Shown: in pieces, positions 1-9,944 of the stretch | How positions within the stretch are numbered: the first letter of the stretch is position 1 | How the letters are laid out: every line of letters begins with the position of its first letter | DNA from: an uncultured delta proteobacterium | GTDB taxonomy: Bacteria; Myxococcota_A; Polyangia; Polyangiales; Polyangiaceae | Length of the DNA stretch: 64,000 bases | Assembly: GCA_963782055.1 (NCBI GenBank) | Contig: CAWAIF010000003.1 | Coordinates: 1,952,001-2,016,000, forward strand | Reading direction: 5' to 3' | The notes under the pieces: model-generated | What the model saw: the letters and a program-made list of their open reading frames with translations, nothing else | Database searches by the model: none | What the model was told of the DNA's origin: nothing | Program-made: the position numbers and the translations under genes

Positions 1-432
1 GATGAGCACGCTCACCGCCACACCGGCAGCGAGCGTCAGGGTGACGGTCACGCGGAAACCCCACCCTGGCTCGGTGACCACGTCGCCCAGGCCGGCGGGA
101 CCGCTCTCCAGCGCGAGCGCCACGCCGAGGCCCTGCAGCAGCGAAAGGGCCGCCGCCAGCCACCCGACGGCGAGGTCCAGCTTCGCGCGGCCCCCGGGGT
201 TCTCGTGGCGCAGCCGCGACCACGCGGGGACGAGGTACGCGGCGATCTCCACGAGCACGTACGCCGACAGCACGGGCATGACGCCCAGCGCGAGCACGCC
301 GGCGAGGTAGCCCTTCCCGAAGGGGACGAGCGCCCCGAGGCGCACGCCGGGGAGACGAAGGTACTCGCCGGCGAGGAGGAACGTGCCGATCGCCGCGAGG
401 GTGAGGCCGAGGCGCCGGGGAAGGGAGGGCAC
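1..432 (-). CDS. Divergent SecY-like membrane protein, N-terminal part (runs off the window edge)
   Basis: Not in the ORF track. Manual translation from GTG at 432: MPSLPRRLGLTLAAIGTFLLAGEYLRLPGV...VLALGVMPVLSAYVLVEIAAYLVPAWSRLRHENPRGRAKLDLAVGWLAAALSLLQGLGVA...EPGWGFRVTVTLTLAAGV. This follows SecY TM1-TM4 motifs (P-PG, ALG[IV]MP, GR-K, LQ, PG--F----TL-AG). Confidence 0.7.
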   Translation of the reverse strand, partial: MPSLPRRLGLTLAAIGTFLLAGEYLRLPGVRLGALVPFGKGYLAGVLALGVMPVLSAYVLVEIAAYLVPAWSRLRHENPGGRAKLDLAVGWLAAALSLLQGLGVALALESGPAGLGDVVTEPGWGFRVTVTLTLAAGVAVSVLI

Positions 433-538
433 GGAACGGGCGTACCCCGTCGGCCGACCGCGGGCAATGCGCCCCTCCCGCTCGCGGCGGTCCCGGCGGG
501 CATTGAGGCGGAGATCCCTTTCCTCTAGATCAGCGTTG

Positions 539-1774
539 GTGATCACCTTGCTTCGCCTCGTCCGATCGCGCGTCTGCCTGGCGGGACTGCTGCTCCTCGC
601 CGCCGCATGCGCCTCGCATGCGCCGGCCGCGGGCACGGCGGCGATGGCGGCCGCTCCTGGCGCGACGGGCTCGGCCCCCGCCACGGCGCCGCCCGTCGCG
701 CCGTCGCCCGTCGAGCTGGTGGAGTCGGCGCCGGTGGAGACGACGCTCGATCACCCCGAGGTGCCCAACGCGTCCGACGTCTGGGTCCAGATGATCGACG
801 GCGCCCGCCGGTCGCTGGACATCGGCGCCTTCTACATCAGCGACGCGCCGAAGAGCCGCATGCACGCGGTGCTCGAGGCGATCGACCGGGCCGCCGACCG
901 CGGGGTGCACGTGCGGCTGCTGGTCGAGCAGATCTTCTACGCCAGGTACCCCGCGTCGGTGGACGCGCTGGCGCGCCACGCCAACGTGGAGGTGAGGCAC
1001 TTCGACATGTCCAAGACCATGGGCGGCATCCTGCACGCCAAGTACTTCGTGGTGGACCGGCGCGAGGCCTACGTCGGCAGCCAGAACTTCGACTGGCGGT
1101 CGCTGGAGCACATCCAGGAGATGGGCGTGCGGCTGCGCAGCCCTGCGCTCGCCGCGGAGCTGGACAATCTCTTCCAGGCGGACTGGGACGTGATGGGCGG
1201 CGCGCCGCCGTCGCGCTGGAAGCAGGCGTGGCACGGCCCGGTGATCGCGCGCGGACCCGGCGTCACGGTGAGGCTGGGCGAGAGCCCGGACGGCTACCTT
1301 CCCGACCCCTCGCTGAGCGAGCTCTCCGGCCTGGTGCGCTGGATCGACGGAGCGGAGGCGCGCGTGGACGTGCAGGTGCTCACCTACAAGGCGAAGATGC
1401 GCGACGGCTCCCCCTTCACCACGCTGGATGACGCCCTGCGACGGGCGGCTGCGCGCGGGGTGCACGTGCGCCTGCTGGTCTCCAGCTGGGGGGCGAAGGC
1501 GGAGACGCTCCACGCGCTCGCCAGGGTGCCTGGCGTGGAGGTGCGCGTGCTGACGATCCCGAAGTGGTCCGGCGGCGACATCCCCTTCGCGCGCGTGGCC
1601 CACGCCAAGTACGCGCTCTTCGACGACGACAGGGCCTGGGTGGGCACCGGCAACTGGGAGGGGGACTACTTCCTGAAGAGCCGCGACATCAGCGCCTTCG
1701 TGGAGGGGCGCGCCTTCACGGCGGAGCTGCGTCACGTCTTCGAGGACGGCTGGAAGATGGCCGCCCCGAGCTGA
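539..1774 (+). CDS. Phospholipase D superfamily lipoprotein (two HKD motifs; PLD3/K4L-like)
   Basis: HAKYFVVD...YVGSQNFDWRS and HAKYALFD...WVGTGNW motifs; lipobox-like LLLLAAAC. Start is uncertain; GTG 539 chosen. Confidence 0.85.
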   Translation: MITLLRLVRSRVCLAGLLLLAAACASHAPAAGTAAMAAAPGATGSAPATAPPVAPSPVELVESAPVETTLDHPEVPNASDVWVQMIDGARRSLDIGAFYISDAPKSRMHAVLEAIDRAADRGVHVRLLVEQIFYARYPASVDALARHANVEVRHFDMSKTMGGILHAKYFVVDRREAYVGSQNFDWRSLEHIQEMGVRLRSPALAAELDNLFQADWDVMGGAPPSRWKQAWHGPVIARGPGVTVRLGESPDGYLPDPSLSELSGLVRWIDGAEARVDVQVLTYKAKMRDGSPFTTLDDALRRAAARGVHVRLLVSSWGAKAETLHALARVPGVEVRVLTIPKWSGGDIPFARVAHAKYALFDDDRAWVGTGNWEGDYFLKSRDISAFVEGRAFTAELRHVFEDGWKMAAPS

Positions 1775-2269
1775 AGCCGACGCGTCCGGAAATCGCTCCG
1801 TGGCGAACGCGAGGGGCCCCCCCTCACCCGTGGTGGTCGACCTCCGGCAGCGGCTTGCTCCTCAATCGCCCCGTCGCGAACGCGAGCGGCGTCAGCGTCG
1901 GCGTGACGGACCCCGCCAGCGGGAACGCGGCACCGACCACGTTCCTGGGACGGACCTCCATGACGCACGGCCTCTGCGGCTCGACGTGGCTGAAGGCCCA
2001 CGTGGACCCCACCACCACTGGACCGCTCGGCCATCCTGCGGGAGACTGCCCGTAGGGAGAACGAGCGATGAGCCGCCGAGGTCCGCCCCGTGCAGCCCAC
2101 CAGCCTCCCCGATGGCGCGCGCCCGGCGCGCGACATCGAGGGGAGGGGCGCCACGCGCAGGGCCCACGCGCAAGCTCGCGCGCGCGCCGGAGCCCGTGAT
2201 CCTGCACCCACCGATCGGCGCGCGCGCGAGCGAGCATGGGCCCGAGCATGGCGCCTGGAGGGGCCCCCC

Positions 2270-3382
2270 TCACCCCTTCTCCTTGAGCACCTTCTGGATC
2301 ACCGACCAGGCCGCCCCCGCGTCGCTGTTGACGTCGTCCCAACGCCCCGCGAACCGCCCGCAGAAGGAGCTCTTGAGGATCTCCGGGAGCATGCGGCGCT
2401 GATCCCCCTCGAAGAGGGGATGCTTGAGGAATACACATACCTCGTCGGTCGCGCGCACCGAGAGGCTCGCGCGCATCTCGGGGGCGCGGCGCACCGCGGT
2501 GGCGAGCGCCACCACCTCCTCCAGGAGCGCCTTGCCCACCTCGGGGTGGCGCGCGGCGAGCAGCTTGGTCTCCTCCTCCGGAGGCGGGTAGTCCATCTGC
2601 AGCGGCGCGAACCGGTCGAGCTGCGCGGCGTCGATGCCGAAGGTCCCGGAGAACTCCGACCCGCGGTTGATCGCCGCGATGAACTGCACGTTGTCCGGGA
2701 TGGGCAGGAAGGTGTTCTTGATGGGGTGGAAGACGCGGCGGGTGGAGTCGAGCGCGGGCATCAGGGCGTTGCGCGCGCTCTCCTGGCAGCGGTTCAGCTC
2801 GTCCAGGAAGACCAGGTAGCGGCGGCCGGGGTGTTCGCCCGCCTCCTCCAGCGCCACCAGGATGTCCGTCTTGACGAAGTCGGTCACCGGCTGGCCGCCT
2901 TCCCCCGCGCGCACGTGGATGGCGGCGAAGAAGTCGCTCGCGTCGACGACCGCCCCGCAGTTGAAGAAGACGAACTCCATGCCGAGCTGCTTGGCGATCG
3001 TCCGGGCGAGCACCGTCTTGCCGCAGCCCTGCGGGCCGTCCAGCAGGATGTTGAGGCCGCTCTCCAGCGCGACCTGGAGCTTCTTGCCGACGACGGGGTC
3101 GATGTAGACGCCCTCCAGCTTGAACTCCTGCGCCCGCACGAACTCCACCTCGATGGTGCCGCGGTCGTCGCGCTCCGGCTTGGTGACCGCCTTGATCCGC
3201 ACCATGCACGGCACCCCCGGCTGGATGCGCACGTCGTCGCAGAGCACCACCTTGGGGGCGCGCTTGCCGTCCAGGTGCGTCGCGCGGAAGCGGAAGCCGG
3301 AGTCGGTCTGCGGGTTGGTCCAGAAGGTGGTCTCCATCACCGCGCCGAGGGTGACTTCTTCGATGCTGAGCTTTCCGGTCAT
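2270..3382 (-). CDS. MoxR-family AAA+ ATPase
   Basis: Walker A GPQGCGKT, Walker B FLDELNR, FIAAIN, AQLDRF arginine finger, SVR sensor II; directly downstream of a VWA gene. Confidence 0.9.
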   Translation of the reverse strand: MTGKLSIEEVTLGAVMETTFWTNPQTDSGFRFRATHLDGKRAPKVVLCDDVRIQPGVPCMVRIKAVTKPERDDRGTIEVEFVRAQEFKLEGVYIDPVVGKKLQVALESGLNILLDGPQGCGKTVLARTIAKQLGMEFVFFNCGAVVDASDFFAAIHVRAGEGGQPVTDFVKTDILVALEEAGEHPGRRYLVFLDELNRCQESARNALMPALDSTRRVFHPIKNTFLPIPDNVQFIAAINRGSEFSGTFGIDAAQLDRFAPLQMDYPPPEEETKLLAARHPEVGKALLEEVVALATAVRRAPEMRASLSVRATDEVCVFLKHPLFEGDQRRMLPEILKSSFCGRFAGRWDDVNSDAGAAWSVIQKVLKEKG

Positions 3383-3406
3383 GGGTGAGTCCTGGGGGCT
3401 ACGAGG

Positions 3407-6400
3407 CTAGGAGGATAGGGTGCGCGCCACGAGCTGGGCCACGATTCGACCGAAGCGCGCGACGGTCTTGTCGATGGTGTCGTCGTCGCAGACGACGTAG
3501 TGCGGGAAGCACACCTCGGCGAGGGGCTGCACCGCCACCTGCGCGCACACCATCCGGAAGCGGCGAGTGAGGGTGACCACCAGCTCGCGCAGGGCGGCGA
3601 CGGAGCACTCGGTGGGCAGGCCGTCGCTGATCATGACCAGGAGCTTCGCCTTGCGGGGGCTCGCCTTCGCCACCCCGGCGACGTGGTAGAGGGCGGCCGC
3701 GTCGTTGTTGCCGCCACCGGCGTCGAGGGCGTAGGCGGCGCAGCGGGAGGCGTCGCCGCAGTCGTAGATGACCTTGTCGGTGAAGCCGAAGACGCGCAGG
3801 TCGACGCCGCGCATCCCGCGCGCCGCCTCCGCGAGCAGGGTGCCGAAGAGGCGGGCCTTGGCGATGTTGTCGCGCGATTGCATCGACCCCGAGCAGTCGA
3901 TGACGATGCCCAGGAAGAGGTCGGTCGTGACGCGCGTCTCCCGCGCGACGAGCACGCGCGGCTCGCCGCGCAGGATCATGGGCAGCACCCGCGTGCGGTC
4001 CAGGCGGCGGCCTCTCAGGCGCATGCGCTGGGGGACGTGGCTCAGGCCGAGCTGCTCCAGGTACTGGCGCATCAGCCGCGCCGGTCGCTGCACCTGCCGG
4101 GCGAAGGCGGCGTACTCCGCCGCGTCGAAGGGGACGCGCTCGACGTAGGTGATGCGGTCGAAGTCGTTCTTCGGCGCGATGTTGATCCACGGCTTGCCGC
4201 CGGGCACCGACGGGCCCTCGCGGTCGTCGCGGGCGCGCGGGTCGAGCACACGCTCCACCTCCCGGTCGACCTCCTCCTGGCTGATGCCCTCGCCCCAGAT
4301 GATCTCGTCGGAGCGCGACTGCTCCAGCGACTCGTGCGGGCCGAAGCTCTCGACGAGATGGACCTCCCAGCCGAAGAGATCGCGGAGCTGGTGGGCCACC
4401 TCCAGCAGCTCGGGCATGGTCTTGTGGCGGAAGCGGCCGTCGAAGAGCTCCAGCGCCTCGGCGACGAGCGGATCGTCGTGGCGGTTGCCCAGGCCCATGC
4501 GCAGCGCCCGCACGAAGCGGGAGAAGGCCAGTCCGCTCCGCTCCATCGCGAAGAGCAGCGGGCCGCTCTCCACCACCACGCTGTCCGGATCGCGAGAGAC
4601 GCCCAGGCGCGAGATGGGGAGCACCACCGCGGCCGCGGCGCCCAGGTGCGCGAGGAGCTTCTGCACCTCGATGTCGCGGTCGGTGTGCTGGAAGGCGTAG
4701 GCGGCGAGGCGCTTGAGGCGGTCGCCGTAGGAGGCGTCCAGCGCGCGCAGGTTGCGCTCCAGGTGCTCGTCGGCGACCAGGTTCAGCAGCCCGTGGATGC
4801 CCTCCTGCTGCGCCTCGTTCCAGGCGGCGTCCGCCTCCTTGCCGCGGTGGTACATGTGGTGGCCGAGCTCGTGGAGGATGAGACCCTCGACAATCTCCCG
4901 GCCGTTCTTGTCGCCGCGCAGGATGGGCAGCGGCGTGACGAAGACGCGGCGCTCGCGCAGTCGGGTGTGGCCGAGGCTCTGACCGCCGGTCATCTGGACG
5001 CGGTACTTCTTGCCGACCAGCTCCATCCCGGTGCGCACACCCCACGCGAAGGTCTCCGCCACGCGGGTGAGCTTGTGAAAGCGGCCCAGCCCGTAGCGCA
5101 CCGAGTTGGCCGCGCGCTGGCGGATGGGATCGGAGGCCGAGCAGGTGAGCACCATCTCGTAGGCCTCCTCCTTCGCGACCATGTCCACCGAGGTCGGCGC
5201 CAGGTGCCCGAGCAGGGAGCCCTCCTTCGCGAGGGAGTTGCCCGCGGCGAGGAAGGAGCGCGTCGTGGTGAGCACCAGCTCGCGCGGGGCGCCGGCGAGG
5301 AGCGTGGAGGCCCTGGAGCTCTCCAGCTCCTGCTGCATCACCAGCGAGAAGGCGAAGAAGTCGCCGCGCGCGTGCAGGTGATGGGCGGCGGAGCGGCGCA
5401 GCGATCCCATGCGTCCGGTCCCCTCGTCCAGGAAGGCGCGGAGGGCGGCGACCGATCGCGCGCCCTCGCCCTCCGCCATCAGCAGCGGCACCGCGCGCAG
5501 GTAGGCGTGCGGATGCTCGGAGGCGGCCAGCTCGATCGCCAGCTCCAGCGGGGGGACGCCCAGCGCGACGAGGCGGTCCCAGTGCGCGGGCTGGAACCAT
5601 CGCGCCTCCGACGGCTCGCGCGCGCGCTCGATGGCGGAGGCGAGCGCGCCGGCCTCCCCGCGCTCCGCGAACGCCAGCGACAGGGCGAAGCGCACGTCGC
5701 GCGGCGCGGACGTGTCGGCGCTGCGCGCGCGCAGGCGATCGAGGGCGGGGCACCGGTCCCAGAGCGGCACGCTGTCCAGGATGGGCTGCACCGCCGGCGC
5801 GGCGTCGGCCGCCTCGATCACCGCGGCGAGGTGCGCGCAGCCCTCCACCCCCAGCTCGATGAGCCGCAGCGTCGCCTCGTGCACCAGCGCCAGGTGCTCG
5901 CTCCGGCAGTAGGGGGCGATCTCCTCCACGCGCGTGCTCGCCCGGACGCGCGCCAGCGCGCCGATGTCCGGCTCCCGCGGCGGCGGCCGCGGCGGGGGGC
6001 GCGCGGGCAGACCCACCGAGTCGATCCACCGGGAGAGCCGCTCGCGCGTCCCGGCGTCCAGATCGGGGAGCATCAGCCGGACGCGCGGCTCGAAGGGCTC
6101 CGCCACCGCGGGCATGGCGCGCGCCAGCACCCGCAGCGCCCCGGCGCACTGCGGACCGACCGGCTCGCCGAGCCCCTCGAGCAGCGCCTCGAAGGCCGCC
6201 GCGCCGGCGAGGGCGTCGAAGCGGGGGCGATCGCGCGAGGCGAGCACCGCGAGGGCGTCGGAGAGGCCCGCCAGGGCGTCGGCGCGCACCGGGCCGAAGC
6301 GCAGGGCGCGCAGGCCCCGCACCGCGCCGGCGAGATCCCCGAAGAGGGCGACCGCGCCCTCCAGCAGCGCGCGGCCGTGACGCTCCCAGCGCCAGAGCGC

Positions 6401-8470
6401 CGCGTGGCCGAGCAGGTTCAGGTCGGCGTCGCGGTCGATGAAGGCGCGCACCAGCGCCGCGTCCAGATCGCGCACGAAGGTGGGGTCCTCGCTGCCGTAG
6501 CGAAGCAGCATCGCGTCCGCCTCTGCGGGCGGATCGAGGGATGCGAGCAGCGCCAGGCACACCGCCGCGTCGGGCACCGGGCCGTCGGTGCGCCGCGACA
6601 GCGCGGCGGCGAGCCCCTTGCGCCCGCCGCGCGCGAAGGGCGCGACCTTGCTCGCCAGCTCCGCGCGCTTGCACGTGACGATGTCGCGCAGCGCCATGTC
6701 GTCGGGCATGCGCGCCGCCGGCTCCGGCGCCGGCTCCAGCGCCACGCGCGCGCGCGCCCACTCGGCGACCGCGGGGTGCGCGTGTTCGACCAGCCGGTGC
6801 GCCAGGGCCGCCTCCGGCCCGTACGGGAAGGACGGGCTGCCGTCGATGGCGCCGAGCAGGGCGAGCAGGTTGGGCGCCTTCGCCACCGTCTCCGCGAAGA
6901 GCTCGGCGGGCATCGAGCGCGCGGTCACGTGGAGAATACATAGACCCAGGTCCAGCGTGTCTCCCTCCTCCTCGCCGTGCGGGGCGCGCCACCGCACCAG
7001 GAAGGAGCCGAGCTCCGCGCCCAGCGCGTCGGCGGCGATCTCGGCGATGCGGGTGGCCCGCGGGGCCGGCAGGCGCGCGTTGACCATGGCGCCCAGCACC
7101 GCGCGCAGATCGTCGCGCGCCACCTGCCCGAGGAAGACGAGCTGGTGCACCGCCGCCTTCTCGGCGAAGACGCGCAGCACGGTGCGCCGCGAGGCGGGGA
7201 CCGTCATCGCGTTGACCAGCTTCAGCGCGCCGGTCACGTCCTTGTCGGGCAAGAGCAGCACCGGCGCCGACTCCGCGGGGCGCGCGTCGACGGCGCGGGC
7301 GAGGTTCTCGAGGCCGACCCACTCCTCCAGCCGCTCGTAAGGCTCCTTCTGGAGCATGCGCGCGAGGGGCGCGATGACGCGAAGGTCCGGCCCTCCGTCC
7401 GGGTGGAGGCAGAGCGCCGCGAACAGGTGCGGCTGCAGGTAGGCCGGGGACATCTGGAACAGCGGACCGCGCTCCATCCCGCGCCGCGCGGCTTCGCGGC
7501 GCACGTCGGCGCCGAGCCAGCCCCAGTGGATCATCGGCGGGAAGGCGCAGAAGATCAGGCCGAGCAGGGCCTCGGGGAAGCCGCCACGGACGCGGGCCAT
7601 GCGGATGAGGGAGACGAGCGCGCGCCGCGAGACCGGGGAGCGCGCCAGCGGCGCGTAGACCTCCGCGAGCTCCGCGGGCACGTCCCAGAAGAGGTCGAGC
7701 ACCCGGTCGACGTCGTCGCCGCTGGCCTCGAGGAGGCGCTCCTCCGGCGGGCCGGGGTAGCTGGAGGCGATGTACGGGTCGACGGCCGCGTCGGGTCGGG
7801 CGCGGGCGCCCTTCAGCCACTCCACGAGCTCCTTCGAGCGCGCGCGGAGCAGGGTGCGCGCCAGCGCCGGCGGGATCACCCCGTCGCGCGCGTAGTCGAG
7901 CAGCACGCCGACGGCGCCGGCGGGGCAGGGGGGCACGCCATCCTGCGCGCGGGCGAGGACGCGCGGTCGCAGCGCCTCGTCGGCGAGCAGGTAGAAGGTG
8001 AGCTCGGACGCCTTCTCCGCGGCGCCCCCTTCGACGGCCAGGGCGCGAACCGCGGGATCGGAGTGAAAGAGCGCGTGCACCCATCGTGTCGGCTGGCGCG
8101 TGGCGATGGATCGGAGCGCCTCGACCGCCGCGGTGCGACGCGCGTCGAGCGGCGTGGCGTCGTCCTCGCCGGCGGGCGGGCCGGAGCCGATGGCGCGGAC
8201 GACGGCGTCGACGCCCAGCCAGCCGTCGGCGTCGCCGAGGCATGCGAGGGCGCGCGCGTGCAGCGGGGCCGCCGCGGCATCGTCGAGCAGGTCCAGCAGG
8301 GGCCCGAAGAAGGGCACACGCTCGCGGGCGCCCAGCCTGGCGAGCGCCTCGAGCAGGTCCGGCAGGCGCGCGTCGTCGTAGGCGCGGGAGGAGAGCAGCC
8401 GGAAGCAGAGGAGATCGCGCACGACGGGGTGAGGATAGGTCAGGAGGGGCGCGCGCGTCCCACGCCCCAA
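3407..8470 (-). CDS. Large (~1,690 aa) helical-repeat + HEXXH + C-terminal VWA protein
   Basis: C-terminal VWA with MIDAS IDCSGS, GGGNND, LLVMISDG; ILHELGHH metallopeptidase-like motif; long Ala/Leu-rich helical N-terminus. Start uncertain. Confidence 0.85.
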   Translation of the reverse strand: MGRGTRAPLLTYPHPVVRDLLCFRLLSSRAYDDARLPDLLEALARLGARERVPFFGPLLDLLDDAAAAPLHARALACLGDADGWLGVDAVVRAIGSGPPAGEDDATPLDARRTAAVEALRSIATRQPTRWVHALFHSDPAVRALAVEGGAAEKASELTFYLLADEALRPRVLARAQDGVPPCPAGAVGVLLDYARDGVIPPALARTLLRARSKELVEWLKGARARPDAAVDPYIASSYPGPPEERLLEASGDDVDRVLDLFWDVPAELAEVYAPLARSPVSRRALVSLIRMARVRGGFPEALLGLIFCAFPPMIHWGWLGADVRREAARRGMERGPLFQMSPAYLQPHLFAALCLHPDGGPDLRVIAPLARMLQKEPYERLEEWVGLENLARAVDARPAESAPVLLLPDKDVTGALKLVNAMTVPASRRTVLRVFAEKAAVHQLVFLGQVARDDLRAVLGAMVNARLPAPRATRIAEIAADALGAELGSFLVRWRAPHGEEEGDTLDLGLCILHVTARSMPAELFAETVAKAPNLLALLGAIDGSPSFPYGPEAALAHRLVEHAHPAVAEWARARVALEPAPEPAARMPDDMALRDIVTCKRAELASKVAPFARGGRKGLAAALSRRTDGPVPDAAVCLALLASLDPPAEADAMLLRYGSEDPTFVRDLDAALVRAFIDRDADLNLLGHAALWRWERHGRALLEGAVALFGDLAGAVRGLRALRFGPVRADALAGLSDALAVLASRDRPRFDALAGAAAFEALLEGLGEPVGPQCAGALRVLARAMPAVAEPFEPRVRLMLPDLDAGTRERLSRWIDSVGLPARPPPRPPPREPDIGALARVRASTRVEEIAPYCRSEHLALVHEATLRLIELGVEGCAHLAAVIEAADAAPAVQPILDSVPLWDRCPALDRLRARSADTSAPRDVRFALSLAFAERGEAGALASAIERAREPSEARWFQPAHWDRLVALGVPPLELAIELAASEHPHAYLRAVPLLMAEGEGARSVAALRAFLDEGTGRMGSLRRSAAHHLHARGDFFAFSLVMQQELESSRASTLLAGAPRELVLTTTRSFLAAGNSLAKEGSLLGHLAPTSVDMVAKEEAYEMVLTCSASDPIRQRAANSVRYGLGRFHKLTRVAETFAWGVRTGMELVGKKYRVQMTGGQSLGHTRLRERRVFVTPLPILRGDKNGREIVEGLILHELGHHMYHRGKEADAAWNEAQQEGIHGLLNLVADEHLERNLRALDASYGDRLKRLAAYAFQHTDRDIEVQKLLAHLGAAAAVVLPISRLGVSRDPDSVVVESGPLLFAMERSGLAFSRFVRALRMGLGNRHDDPLVAEALELFDGRFRHKTMPELLEVAHQLRDLFGWEVHLVESFGPHESLEQSRSDEIIWGEGISQEEVDREVERVLDPRARDDREGPSVPGGKPWINIAPKNDFDRITYVERVPFDAAEYAAFARQVQRPARLMRQYLEQLGLSHVPQRMRLRGRRLDRTRVLPMILRGEPRVLVARETRVTTDLFLGIVIDCSGSMQSRDNIAKARLFGTLLAEAARGMRGVDLRVFGFTDKVIYDCGDASRCAAYALDAGGGNNDAAALYHVAGVAKASPRKAKLLVMISDGLPTECSVAALRELVVTLTRRFRMVCAQVAVQPLAEVCFPHYVVCDDDTIDKTVARFGRIVAQLVARTLSS

Positions 8471-8588
8471 TCAGGCGCGTCGCCGGCTCGCAACCACTGC
8501 TCGACCGCGAGCACGAGCGCGATCGCACGCCGCGGCCTCGAGTCTTGTCTAGCCGCGCACCTCCCCACCGCCTTCGCCGCACGTGGGA

Positions 8589-9854
8589 TCAGTTGCCGAC
8601 GAGGCCGTACCAGACGTTCTTCCGGTTGCCGAGGGTCGAGGTGATGATGAACGCGCCCACGCCGTTCGTCAGCTGCGACGCGGTGATCGAGAGCTGGAGC
8701 TTGTCGCCGTTCTTGCCGGTCGTCTTGTCCCACGAGAAGGTCATCTGAGCGGGGAGGTTCTTCTGGGTGATCGCGTCGACCGCGTCCACGGTCCACGGAC
8801 CGGAGGTCGGGGCGTCGCTGAAGAGATCGACCTCGACCGTCTTCGTCTGGCCGGCCGGGATGGTCACGCCCTTGCCAAGAGCCCCGCCGCTCTGGACGTC
8901 GTCGGTCAGGACCGGCATCGCGTTGAAGTAGGGTGTCCCGTCGTCCGGCTGGCACGGGTCGTGAGCCGCCTTCGCCGCGGCGTTCGACCAGGAACGCTGC
9001 ACCACGGTGCCGATGTCGGCCGGCGTGTAGAAGGAGTGGAGCTGGTCGGCGCACATGTCGCCGACCTCGGTCCCTCCGAGGACGTTCGCCCAGGCGGTGT
9101 GGGCGTCGTCCACCTGGCTGTACGAGGGAGGACTGAACGGGTCGGTCGCGGCCTCGATGATCTCGTGGGTCGTCGTCGCGAAGGTCTCCTCGAGCAGCGT
9201 CCGGCCGTCGGTGCTGTCGCAACGCCCGACGACGGCGTAGGCCACGCTGCTCGCCTGGAAGGTCGCGCTGCCGTGGTAGCCGTTGAAGACCTGGCAGATG
9301 GCGTCGCCACCCTGGGTGAGGGCCGTCGTCTTGGGGTAGAAGATGGTGTACAGGGTGTTCGCGTCGGGGGCGGGGAACGCGGCGTCCGTCCCGAGCTTGT
9401 TGGCGAGCCACGTCTGGACCTCGGCGTCGGTGATCGCCGCGGGGGCGTTCTCGGTCAGCTGCACCGGGGTGTCGACGGTGATCGCGCCGACGCCATACTC
9501 CGAGGAGATGGCCGGCCAGTACTTCGAGGCGGGGAGGTTGTTCAGGGCCGTCGTCACGTTGCCGGTGAACGAGGTGTCGTCGTCGGCGAAGTAGACGGGC
9601 ACCACCTTCGGCGCGGCGAGGATGGCCCCCCCCGCGTTGACCACCTGGGGAGCGTCCACCTGGAAGGCGGGATAGGCGGGGCCCGCCGCGTCAGGCCCGG
9701 CTTCGACAGGCGGAGTTGCGTCGGCGGCCGCGTCGCCGCCTGCGTCGCCGCCGGCGTCGCCACCCGCGTCGGGTTGATCACCGGAGCCGCTGCTGCACGC
9801 GGTGACGGCGAGGCCAAGCGAACAGATGACGGGCAAGAGGGCGAGTGTGCGCAT
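8589..9854 (-). CDS. Lipoprotein with HEIIEAATDP motif (Phi-1/EXORDIUM-like putative metallo-domain)
   Basis: Signal peptide MRTLALLPVICSLGLAVTAC; GYH, THEIIEAATDP and EVGDMC motifs. Confidence 0.75.
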   Translation of the reverse strand: MRTLALLPVICSLGLAVTACSSGSGDQPDAGGDAGGDAGGDAAADATPPVEAGPDAAGPAYPAFQVDAPQVVNAGGAILAAPKVVPVYFADDDTSFTGNVTTALNNLPASKYWPAISSEYGVGAITVDTPVQLTENAPAAITDAEVQTWLANKLGTDAAFPAPDANTLYTIFYPKTTALTQGGDAICQVFNGYHGSATFQASSVAYAVVGRCDSTDGRTLLEETFATTTHEIIEAATDPFSPPSYSQVDDAHTAWANVLGGTEVGDMCADQLHSFYTPADIGTVVQRSWSNAAAKAAHDPCQPDDGTPYFNAMPVLTDDVQSGGALGKGVTIPAGQTKTVEVDLFSDAPTSGPWTVDAVDAITQKNLPAQMTFSWDKTTGKNGDKLQLSITASQLTNGVGAFIITSTLGNRKNVWYGLVGN

Positions 9855-9944
9855 GGAAGGAGCTCTCCGGGGACAAGACAAACCAACGCGCACCGTACCG
9901 CGGCGCCCTCGAGCGACGCAACGGCAGCCACGGATCGACGGCGG

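Noticed and set aside
3399..8582. Very long Arg/Ala/Gly-rich alternative-frame ORFs (e.g. 1727 aa here, 1193 aa at 43702-47283)
   Set aside because: Shadow frames of real genes caused by high GC codon bias; no recognisable motifs.
9725..9770. Short tandem repeats encoding DAGG units
   Set aside because: Low-complexity lipoprotein linker coding, not a CRISPR or regulatory array.
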